DNA of 64,000 nt from Octopus vulgaris (taxonomy: Eukaryota), in NCBI GenBank assembly GCA_951406725.2, contig OX597815.1:6882001-6946000 (forward strand), in the 5' to 3' direction. The notes beneath the pieces were generated by a model. The model saw nothing but the letters and a program-made list of their open reading frames with translations. It ran no database searches and was not told where the DNA came from. The position numbers and the translations under genes were made by a program. Positions 1-11,157 of this stretch are shown here, piece by piece; position 1 is the first letter of the stretch, and the number at the start of each line of letters is the position of its first letter.

Positions 1-1110
1 GGAAACTGGCCCTTATGAGCCAAGCATGGCTCAAGAAGGAACAAGCAACTGTTCCTTCTAAAGGATGAAACAATAAGATGACCAGAATGAATGACCACGT
101 GCTGGTGGCACGTAAAAAGCACCATCCGAACGTGGCCAATGCCAGCGCCGCCTTGACTGGCGTCCGTGTCGGTGACACGCAAAAAGCACCAACCGATCGT
201 GGCCGTTGCCAGCCTCCCCCGTGCCGGTGGCACGTAAAAAGCACCCACTACACTCACGGAGTGGTTGGTGTTAGGAAGGGCATCCAGCTGTAGAAACATT
301 GCCAGATTAGACTGGAGCCTTGTGCAGCCTCCCGGCTTCCCAGACCCCGGTCGAACCGTCCAATCCATGCCAGCATGGAAAACGGACTTTAAACATGATG
401 ATGATGATTTTGTTATCACCAAGCTTAATTCTTACATGCTAATGTGCATTTTTTACTCCCATAGCTTTGTGTTTTGATTTATTAGATTAAAAAATGACAT
501 ACTGTCTATTAAAAATTGCATCTACGTATGTTTAATTCTTCCATTATCTCAAAAATCTGATGTGATAGACAAAATCTGATGCCAGATTTAAGATTCAGCA
601 CCCAAAAATTAGCTAAAAACCATTGATAAATAAATTGCAGTGTGGAAGGTGTTTATAAGCCATTTAAAAACATGCAAAAACCGTTAGATTCACTTCAACA
701 TTTAAATTTAATTTGTGTCTCAAAACGACGAAAATATTTTGACACAAATTAAATTTAAATGTTGAAGTGAATCTAACGGTTTTTGTGTTTTTAAATGGCT
801 TACAAACACCTTCCACGCTGCAATTGTTTTCGTTCCAGCACACGATCTCAGATCAGGTCACATGCTATGCAAGTACATCTCCATCGATAAATCTTGTGCC
901 AGAAAATGTGATGACCAGCATTATCATATCAGCTCCATTTTCACCACAGACACAGAGTTGTATATGCCACAATTTGGCATTCTTTCGATATTGGTACACA
1001 AAACAATTCACCCATACAGGACACAAAAGGGGCTTAGCTGAAAAGGTCGGTGAATGAGGTCTTCCCCTCCTCACACTTTGCAGACCAATGCCAAAGGAAT
1101 GCCCTCTATT

Positions 1111-1165
1111 ATTTAGATTTGGGGAAATTTCGAACCTGAGTTCTCATTCCTAAGGTATTTTTTTA

Positions 1166-1205
<40 letters not shown>

Positions 1206-1440
1206 ACATATGGCGTAGTGGTTAAGAGCACAGGCTACTAACCCCAAGATTCCAAGTTCGATTCCAGGCAGTGAACTGAATAATAATAGTAACATCGAAA
1301 AATACCTTAGGAATGAGAACCCAGGTTCGAAATTTCCCCAAGACACCTGAAGAAGGCTGGAGGGTATATCAGCCGAAACGTTAACAACAAAGATGAGGAC
1401 AAATATCTGTCGAGTGTAAATAATGTACATAATTCCTCAT
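1111..1440 (+). mobile_element. tRNA-headed, hammerhead-tailed SINE-like element, copy 1 (with inverted 5' arm)
   Basis: Arm 1119-1205 is the reverse complement of 1276-1341; tRNA-like head about 1210-1275; HHR core CTGAAGA-A-GGCTG..CAGCC-GAAACGTT at 1347-1382. Confidence 0.8.
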
Positions 1441-3670
1441 TATTTCATTCTCTCTTCTTTGTCCCCCACTATCTTCTTTTTTCTTCAATGTTCTGATTTG
1501 TCTCAATCATTATTCATTATTCCCATCCACGTGTGTGTGTTTACACAAACACAAGAAACACTATTTCTTTCAAACATTATATTGAAAACACAACAGTTTT
1601 TGAGTTTAAAGTTTTTTTATTAATGATTTTTCACATTGTCTTTTAAAGTTTGGCACAGTAACAGTTTTAAATGCGTTAATATTTTTCACTCTCTCATCTT
1701 CTAAATAATGTACTCATTAGTCATGTTTCTGTAGTATTTATACATACATTCACACACACATATATTTAATCATATCAAAGGGAAATAGAAATTAATAGAA
1801 ATTTTCACTTCCAGTGGCCTAGCGTGTAAAAATTTAGTCTAGAGACTATGTATTAATCATAAAATACAGTGTACATATAAACACATAAGGAATCCACTCG
1901 TGGGATTCAACATGCTAGAAACAACAGCTAGGTTCCATAACCACAAAATTAGGGATGGTAAAATGTTTTTATTTTTTCATTTCATTCCTGTTGAATTTTA
2001 TCCCTAATTTTGTGGTTATGGAACCTAGCTGTTCTTTCTAGCATGCTGAATCCCATGAGTGGATTCCTTATGTGTTTAAATGTACACTATTTTATTATAT
2101 ATATATATAAAATATGAATTAGAGATAAAACCACTATTATGCAACTCAAACATTGATAGACATAAACCAATACATAAATAACAAATAATATATATTTTTA
2201 TAAAACATATAACTAGTTTTTTTTTATAACTAGTCTATCACTGTTTGAGTTGCATAATAAAATGGTTTTGAGTTGCATAATAAAATGGTTTTATCTCTAA
2301 TTTATATATATTATATATTTATTTTGGGAAATTTGATTTAATACTAAATTGAATTTTTCCCAGTAAGTTTGGAGTTATATTCCCTAATACTATTATTATA
2401 TATATCCCATGCTAGCATGGAAAGCAGACGTTAAATGATGATGATATATGTAATCATTAGTATTTGTTTTGGTCATTAGACTACAGCCACGAGGTAAACC
2501 AAACTGATTTAAGTTTGGTATTATTTTATTGTTCACTTTTTGATGAACTACTCAGTCACAGGCTTCCACACAGTTTCCATCCACCAGATCCACTCCCAAG
2601 GCATCGGTCAGCCCAAGGTAACATGCAGTGGGACAGAACATGGAACCACGTGATTGGGAGGCTAAGTTCTCGACCACATGGCCCTCCGCTTCGGTTATGA
2701 TGACGAGGGTTCCCAGTTGATTCAATCAATGGAACAGCCTGCTCATGAAGTTAATGTGCAAGTGGCTGAGTACTCCACAGACATGTGTACCCTTAGCCTA
2801 ATTCTCAGGGAAATTCAGTGTCACACAGAATATGACAAAGTGAGCCGTTTGAGTTATAGGCACAACTCATGTTTGACTGGAGCAATGTGAAGTAAAGTGT
2901 CTTGCTCAAGAACACAGCTCTCTCGCAGGAATTGTCTACTTTGTCCATAGTGGTCATCATTGTCTTGTGGCAAGCTACTGCATTCACCCATTGCGACTGG
3001 CATTCCGTTGGTTATAACCACGAGCGTTCCAGCTAATCTGATCAATGGAACGGCCTGTCACGAAATTAATAGGCAAGTGGATGAGCACCCCACAGACACA
3101 TGTACCCTCAATGTAGTTCTGAAAGAGATTTAGTGTGACACAGAATGGGACAAGGTTGACCCTTTGAATTACTGGTACAACTCGTTTTTGCCAGCTGGGT
3201 GGAGTGGAGCAACGTGAAATGAAGTGTCTTGCTCAAGGAAACAATGCACCGCTGGGAATCGAACTCACGACCTTACAATTGTGAGCCGAATGCCCCAACC
3301 ACTATTCCATGCGGTGAAGGCACGTGGCCCCACCTGCACCAAATAAATACCACTGGCCGTACGACTGGGTTAATATTATCACAACCGAAATCCCTTGCAA
3401 TGGTTTCTAAATTTAATACATTTTCTCTCTGTGGCTCAAGTAATGTTGGAGGCCTGAACTGCTGGAGGATTAACAGATGTTACCCCACCATCTGGCCCTT
3501 GGGTGCCTCTATCACAATCCACTCTGTTGCAAACATTCTAATCTAACCTCTGGTCCCTTTCACCCTCAACAAGTCTTGGAGATATTGCACTAAACTTATA
3601 AGGCACTTCTCTCTCTCTCCATTCATTAGTCATGTGACCATGGAAATAGAAAAATAAAAAACAAAACAAT

Positions 3671-4360
3671 ATTTACATTATTTAGATTTGGGGAAATTTC
3701 GAACCTGGGTTCTCATTCCTAAGGTATTTTTTGATATTATTATCACTATTTCACCTTACTGGCACTTGTGCCGGTGGCACATGAAAAAAACATTTGAGTG
3801 AGGTCGTTGCCAGTGCCACTGGACTGGCTCCTGTGCAGGTGGCACGTAAAAAACACCATTTGAGCGTGGCTGTTGCCAGTACCACCTGACTGGCCCTCGT
3901 GCTGGTGGCACGTAAAAAGCACCCACTACACTCTCAGAGTGGTTGGCGTTAGGAAGGGCATCCAGCTGTAGAAACTCTGCCAGATCAAGATTGGAGCCTT
4001 GTGCAGCCATCTGGTTCACCAGTCCTCAGTCAAATCGTCCAACCCATGCTAGCATAGAAAGCAGATGTTAAACGATGATGATGATTATTATTATTCAGGC
4101 ATATGGCATATTGGTTAAGAGCACAGGCTACTAACCCCAAGATTCCAAGTTCAATTCTAGGCAGTGACATGAATAATAATAATAATAATAACAACATTGA
4201 AAAATACCTTAGGAATGAGAACCCAGGTTTGAAATTTCTCCAAGACACCTGATGAAGGCTGGAGGGTATATCAGCTGAAATGTTGTGTTGACAACAAACA
4301 AGATGAGGACAAATATCTGTCAAATGTAAATAATTCCTCATCTCTTAAATATAGAACTGT
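3671..4360 (+). mobile_element. tRNA/hammerhead element, copy 2 (RTE tail nested at about 3745-4085)
   Basis: Same inverted arm, head (about 4103-4170) and HHR (4244-4289, CpG-decayed) as copy 1. Confidence 0.8.
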
Positions 4361-7300
4361 ATTCTCTCAATAATGTGTATCTCACACAGTCATACATGCA
4401 ATCATATTTATTTAAAATTTCTTAAAAATTGAGTGAGTGATGCCATGATGAAAAATAAGTTCTAATGTGAAGGATTATGGTTTGTAGAAAAAAATAGACA
4501 TCATCATTCAATCTCTTCCATGCAGGCATGGGTTGGATGGTTTGACAGGACCCAATAGGTCAGAGAACTGTACCATGCTCCAGTGTCTGGTTTGACAAGT
4601 TTTCTATGGCTGGATGCCCTTTCTCACATCAGCCCCATTATAGTGTGGTGTGTGGAGTGGTTTTTTTTTTCATGCCACCCGTACTAATGAGGTTACCATG
4701 TAACTCACAGGACTGGAAAAGACCCTTCGACTGATTGGTGGTAAGGGGTTTTTGTGCCAGGTGTTGAGAGGCTGAAGCATGATCAACGGACAGGCACAGG
4801 TGTCTTGCTGTAGATGAGAGACATGCCTACCCCACATAAGGGTGAGCAGCTTGAAAGAAGACGACAAACATGGTGGTGGGACCTGGAATGTTAAGATTTA
4901 CTTCTCATTACAACACTTAGTTTAATAAATCCATTATTTTATCATTTATTTGTTTCAGTTATTAGACTGTGGCCATACTGGAGCATTGCCCTGAAGAAAT
5001 TTAGTTGAACAAATCAACCCCAGTACTTTTTAAAAAAGTCTGGCACTTATTCTATTGGTCCTCTTTGTTGAACCGCTAAGTTATAAGGATGTAAACACAC
5101 CAACACCGGTTGTCAGACAGTGGTAGGGGACAAACACAAAACACACACACAAGATGGGCTTCTTCCAGTTTCCTATTTTCTTTACTGCCCACAAGGGGCT
5201 AAACAAGGATAGAAAAAGGAATTAAGTCGATTATATCGACCCCCAGTGCATAACTGGTACTTAATTTATCGACCCCAAAAGAATTAAAGGCAAAGTCGAC
5301 CTCGGCGGAATTTGTAGAATATATAATGTAATTACAAAATAATACCTATTCCTTTACTACCCACAAGGGGCTAAACATAGAGGGGACAGACAAGGACAAA
5401 GGAATTAAGTCAATTACATCGACCCCAGTGCATAACTGGTACTTAATTTATCGACCCCGAAAGAATGAAAGGCAAAGTCAACCTCGGCGGAATTTGAACG
5501 CAGAACGTAACGACAGACGAAATATCACTAAGCATTTCACCTGGCATGCTAACGTTTCTGCCAGCTTGCCGCCGTATACAGGCTTCTTCCAGTTTCCATC
5601 AGAACCATGGGGTAGGGAAGCACACATCTTACCACACAGTCACACTAAATGCTTTTTCTTTTGCAGACACAGTTATCTTGCCATTTTGTTGAATGAGTAT
5701 CCTTCATTCATTGGACAATAAACTTGCGAAGACCTATTGAGGCAATTGAAACCAAATCAAAATCACTGACGTGGCCAATGACAGTACCACCTGATTGGCA
5801 CCTGTGCCAGTGGAATGCTAAAAGCACCATCTGAGCATGATCGTTATCAGCATCGCCTTACTGGCACATGTGCCAGTGACACGTGAAAAACAACATTCAA
5901 GCATAGTCGTTGCCAGTGCTGCCGGACTGGCTCCCGTGCAGGTGGCACGTAAAAAACACCTTTGAGCATAGTCGCTGCCAGAACCGCCTGACTGGCCCTC
6001 GTGCCAGTGATGTGTAAAAATCACCCACTACACTCTCGGAGTGGTTGGCGTTAGGAAGGGCATCCAGCTGTAGAAACTCTGCCAGATCAGATTGGAGCCT
6101 GATGCAGACATCTGGCTTGCCAGTCTTCAGTCAAATCATCCAACCTATGCCAGCATGGAAAGCGGACATTAAACGATGATGATGATATAATGTAATCTTT
6201 GCTGAAATACTCAGTTCCAGGAGCCAATGTCAAGTGATGGAGGACAAACACAAAGACACGAACACACACACACACACATATGACGGGCTTCTGCATAGTT
6301 TCCATCCATCAGATCCACTCAGAAGGCAGTTGAATACATAGAGTGTCATTTGTAGAATATATAATGTAATTACAAAATATAATTATAAAATACATAATTT
6401 AATTACAAAAATTAAAATTAGTAATCTCTTGGCACATGTCTATGTGACTAGTAACGTTTCCAAAGAAACAGAATAATGATATATATAAAGGTTTGTTATT
6501 TGAAGCACTACTTTACAGCTGGATGCTTCTCCTGTTGCCAACCCTTGCTTGTTTTTCAGTTAAGAGATTTGTTTTTGTTATTCCATTTGTTTCCAAAAGC
6601 ACAGAGTTATGAGATGATTTGTTAAGAGGGAATGTCAACATGATGTCACCGTTTTTGCTTGAGCAGTTTTATGTAAAGATGCCACCGAAAATAAACATTA
6701 ATACACGCACCATCATCATTTAAGGTCCACTTTTCATGCTTGTACGAGTCGGATGAATTTGTTGAAGCAAATTTTCAGTAACAGCAAGCCCCTTCCAGTC
6801 ACCAATCCTCACCTGTTTCTCAACAAGGTAACATTTCCCCATGACCAGACATGTTTTCATGGAAGATTGGAAATGAAAATCATCTCTTGTATAACAGTGA
6901 TAGTTACTTACAAGTGTATTGTGATAAGACAAGGAGACAAACACTTGCACCTACATACATACATACACACACGTATGTAAATATATATATATATATTTTT
7001 TTTTTTTTAAATAGGATAAAATCTTTATAAGAAATTATCAAGTAGTTAGCGTGAAAAACCTCATAAGAGAAAAAATCTGTAAATTTTTTCAACTTTGAAA
7101 ATACTTATTTATATTATATAGAGGGTACTATTATTCAATAGGTACCGCACTGCAAAAGTCCCTCCTAGCGTGCGGTACCTATGAATAATAGTACCCTCTA
7201 TATAATGGTACCCTCTATATAATGGTACCTCTATATAATAGTACCCTCTATATATGCAGGTGGCACATAAAGAGCACCATTTGAGCATGGCTGTTGCCAG

Positions 7301-7814
7301 TACTGCCTGATTGGCCCTCGTGCTGGTGGCACGTAAAAGCACCCACTACACTTAAGGAGTGGTTGGCGTTAGGAAGGGCATCCAGCTGTAGAAACACTGC
7401 CAGATCAGACTGGAGCCTGGTGCAGCCACCTGGTTTCCAATACCCCAGTTGAACTGTCCAACCCATGCCAGCATGGAAAACGAACGTTAAAGATGATGAT
7501 GATGATGATGTTTTGAATCAACCATGCATATCTCATGGCTCTGAGATTTCAATGATGTGATTGCGCATTTTTAACATGACATTGTAGGCTATGTATAAGA
7601 GGCTGGATTTGGTCCGTTTGAACATAAAACATGTGGAATATTTGGGCCCAGAGATGGCCAGTTTAAATGCTAGAGGGTTAAGTGATGGAAATGTAAATTA
7701 GAAAAATGAATGAAAGAATCTATTAAGGTCTTTGGATCAAGCAAAAGTTCTCTGGATTATTTCAGAGACGGAATGATATTTGCACCTTGTTTGAATCTCT
7801 TTAAGCAGTATTAA

Positions 7815-8039
7815 CCCTTACTGCACAGGGACCGACTAAACTTGGTTCTGTGCACGTGCACTTGAGACAGGGAACCAAGTTAAGTCGCTTCTGACAGTCA
7901 GGTACTTTCTGGAATTCTCCACATTTCAAATGACAAAGTACGCATAAATCTAATCAGCGCAATGAGGACTACTTACTTCCACAAAGCAATTTAGCTAAGA
8001 CCAGGAATCAAAGCAAACGAGGGACTCAGCTCGTAAGGG
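7815..8039. mobile_element. piggyBac-type MITE
   Basis: TTAA|CCCTTAC ... GTAAGGG termini; right TTAA is degenerate. Confidence 0.55.
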
Positions 8040-8241
8040 TCACCTCACTCCATTGATTGCTTCGAGAATATATTTAAAAAAATAAAATATAGAGAATAGT
8101 GCAACGTCTTGCAGAACCATTCCAATATTCTTGAACAGAAAAAGATAGGATTTGAAATGCTGATGCCATTCGTTTCTGTGTACCTTTCAATTATCAAAAA
8201 TGGTTTAAAATATGAGATAATCCCTAACACATGTCTGATAA

Positions 8242-8387
8242 TCACACCCAACGTAAATCCTCTTGACGCAATGTAGCTTGTAATTTTCTTGTATCTTTTG
8301 AAATTTGATGAGGTTTTCTCGCCACATTTTCTGAGCCTGTCGGTGGTAGATTCCTGCAAGCCCTTTTCGAAGTTCTTGAATGATTCC
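8242..8387 (-). CDS. CEP57: CEP57-like gene, terminal coding exon ((G)NHSRTSKRACRNLPPTGSENVARKPHQISKDTRKLQATLRQEDLRWV*)
   Basis: Acceptor ctgcttccttAG; phase-1 frame ends KDTRKLQATLRQEDLRWV-TGA, resembling the conserved CEP57-family C-terminus (LLKDM..LQ..L....L.W). This frame is not in the ORF track. Confidence 0.7.
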
Positions 8388-9205
8388 CTAAGGAAGCAGT
8401 TTTGGTTTTACACAGTGATTGGTTGGTTTCTCGTTTTTTCCTCTTTTCGTGTTTAGTTTCTTTCTTTGGCTGAAGAGAAACGAAGAAATATGAAATGGAA
8501 TTGAGAAAAAAAATGGAAATACATCATTTTTACATTGTGTGTGAGTGTATAAAATATATATATCTATAAGAAAACACAAATATTAATGAAGCGGGGGAAA
8601 TAAAAGATCTTTCAAAGACTCCCGGAATGAAATCCTTAACACATAAGAGACTTCCCCCTCTTCTCATCACTCCATCTGTTTCCCGCTTTGTCTCTCCTCC
8701 ATTGTTAAAAGTAAACAGAATAGAAAATATCAATCATATTTACTCTTTACTCTTTTACTTGTTTCAGTCATTTGACTGCGGCCATGCTGGAGCACTGCCT
8801 TTAATCGAGCAAATCGACCCCAGGACTTATTCTTTGTAAGCCCAGTACTTATTCTACCGGTCTCTTTTGCCGAACCGCTAAGTGACGGGGACGTAAACAC
8901 ACCAGCATCGGTTGTCAAGCAATGCTAGGGGGACAAACACACACATACAAACATATACACACACACACTTATATATATATATATACATATATACGACAGG
9001 CTTCTTTTGGTTTCCGTCTACCAAATCCACTCACAAGGCTTTAGTCGGCCCGAGGCTATAGCAGAAGACACTTGCCCAAGATGCCACGCAGTGGGACTGA
9101 ACCTGGAACCATGTGGTTGGTTAGCAAGCTACTTACCACACAGCCACTCCTGAACCTATATTTGTGTATAATGTTAATTTTAAATGATTCTGAGGCTTTC
9201 ATTCC

Positions 9206-9236
9206 CCTGCCTCTGTCCGTTCACATCTTTTCTCTG
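9206..9236 (-). CDS. CEP57: CEP57-like gene, candidate penultimate micro-exon (QRKDVNGQRQ-G) with non-canonical donor
   Basis: Strong polypyrimidine tract + AG at 9237-9238. Its 31 nt would bridge phase 0 to phase 1 exactly, but the donor reads CAGG|GGAATG rather than GT. Read-through gives a TAA at 9180-9182. Confidence 0.4.
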
Positions 9237-9693
9237 CTGTTAAGAAAGTAAAAAAAGAAAAAGAAAATCAATTAAGGCACAGGTGTGGCTGTGTGGTAAG
9301 TAGCCACATGGTTCTGGGTTCAGTCCCACTGCATGGCACCTTGGCAAGTGTCTTCTACTGTAGCCCCAGGCCAACCAAAGCCTTGTGAGTGGATTTGTAC
9401 GGGTGCCAGTCAAGTGGCACTGGCATCGACCACGCTTGAATGGTGCTTTTTATGTGCCATCAGCATGAGGGCCAGTCAAGTGGCACTGGCATTGACCATG
9501 TTTGAGTGGTGCTTTTTACATGCCACCAACACAGGAGCCAGTTAGGTAAAAAAGGTAAAGGTAAAAAAAGGTAAAAAGAAAAGATATCTAAGCAGCAAGG
9601 ATGCTGGGGAGGGTTGGAAATGTGTGAGTGTGTTGTGGGATGGAGGTGAAAAAAAAAAAAAATATAGAAGCAATTATTGATAGATTCCTTTAC

Positions 9694-9838
9694 CGGGTAG
9701 AGGACTTTGCGAATTTTAACCATTTGCTTTGCTTTTGTTTCCATCAGATCCACGAGGTTGTCAATCTCTGTCTCAAGATCTTTGTGTAATTGGCTCTCAC
9801 AGGTTTCGTTATAAAGCTTCGTTAAGTTCTGGTGTTTC
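9694..9838 (-). CDS. CEP57: CEP57-like exon, microtubule-binding domain (KHQNLTKLYNETCESQLHKDLETEIDNLVDLMETKAKQMVKIRKVLYP)
   Basis: AG...GTAAAG boundaries, phase 2->0; aligns by eye to Cep57_MT_bd (HQQLAKLIQE...LECELEALVGRMEAKANQITKVRK). Confidence 0.88.
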
Positions 9839-10424
9839 CTGTCAATCAAATATTTTTAAAATTCAAATTTAGTCAAAAATGACTGAAACAGGTAAAAGAA
9901 ATAAAGAATATTAATTACTATTAATTATTATGTGAAGTATATTTACCACTTAAATGTGGCTAACCACTAAGGGTGGATGCTACTGTAGCTTGTAGCCCCA
10001 GGAGAACATCTCCAGCTGGCTATTGACAGACTTTCTGTCCCCTATCGTGTGTCAATAGCCACCCTTAGTGGTTAGCCACATTTAAGTGGCAAATATACTT
10101 CACACTGTCGTGCAGCTACTGTTTATAACTCATTCAGAGATTTATTATTATTATTATTATTGCTGCTGCTGCTACTACTGCTACTACTTCAGTGAATGTG
10201 GATTTACATCATCATCATCATCATCACCATCTTCATCAAGTCAAAATTTTACACGTGGCATTGGTTTTCGGAGTAGACAGCCTTGCTCCCACCACTTAAA
10301 TTACAGGGTAGACTGAGTGCATTTTTTTCCATGCCACCACCACTAAAGAGATTGTCTCACAGAACTCAACTATCCTCTCCACACTCAGATTTTATTTGGA
10401 GTTGCCTTCACTATGGTTTACAAA

Positions 10425-11154
10425 ATTCATATCCAGGTTGATAATGTGTCAATTCACAAGGCTAATGTTATTCAAAGTTGGTACAAAGAATACAAGAGCG
10501 AAGCAGGCCACATGAAATGACTCTTTCAATCACCAGAACTCAATATAAGCAAACATTTATGGTAGATTTTGGAGCAACAAGTGGGGTGCCACTTCCTTCA
10601 GCCAGAGTCACTGAAAGAAGTAAAACAGGTTTTACTTAAAGAACAGCACAAATTCCTGTAAAAAGCATTCATAACCTTTATGAATTAATTCCTAAACACA
10701 TTAAAGCTGTGACTGACACCAAAGGTAAATCAATTCCATATCTCTATATGAAGTAAAGCAAGTTTCCCTTAAAGAACAGCACAAATTCCCGTAAAAAGCA
10801 TTCATAACCTTTATGAATTAATTCCTAAACACATTAACCCTTTCGTTACCAACCCGGCTGAAACCGGCTCTGGCTCTGTAGTACAAATGTCTTGTTTTCA
10901 CAAGTTCTGAATTAAAATCTTCCACCAAACCTTAGTCACAATTCATGGTCCTAACACTAGCTTAATGATAACTAAGTTATTTTACTAAATTCTTTGTTAT
11001 ATTTAAAGTAATTGAAAGAAACACAGAGCATCTCAAAATAAATACGGTAACGAAAGGTTTAAAGCTGTGACAGACACCAAAGGTAAATCAATTCTATATT
11101 AAATAATAAAACTTCGATTTAACGAAGTGTTTCCATTATTTTGTCCAGCCCCTG
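10425..11154 (+). mobile_element. Tc1/mariner transposase 3' remnant with TIR
   Basis: Translates IQVDNVSIHKAN..W..QSPELNISKHLW...IPKHIKAV..TKG..PY (Tc1 DD34E C-terminus, with stops); ends GTGTTTCCATTATTTTGTCCAGCCCCTG; about 105-bp internal duplication. Confidence 0.8.
10838..11058. mobile_element. piggyBac-type MITE inserted in Tc1 remnant
   Basis: TIR CCCTTTCGTTACC / GGTAACGAAAGG(T), TTAA on both sides; empty site ACACA-TTAA-AGCTGTGA visible in the duplicate copy at about 10696-10712. Confidence 0.85.
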
Positions 11155-11157
11155 GAG

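Noticed and set aside
8045-8359. 104-aa ORF as the last exon
   Set aside because: The CEP57-like C-terminus lies in a different frame that stops at 8242.
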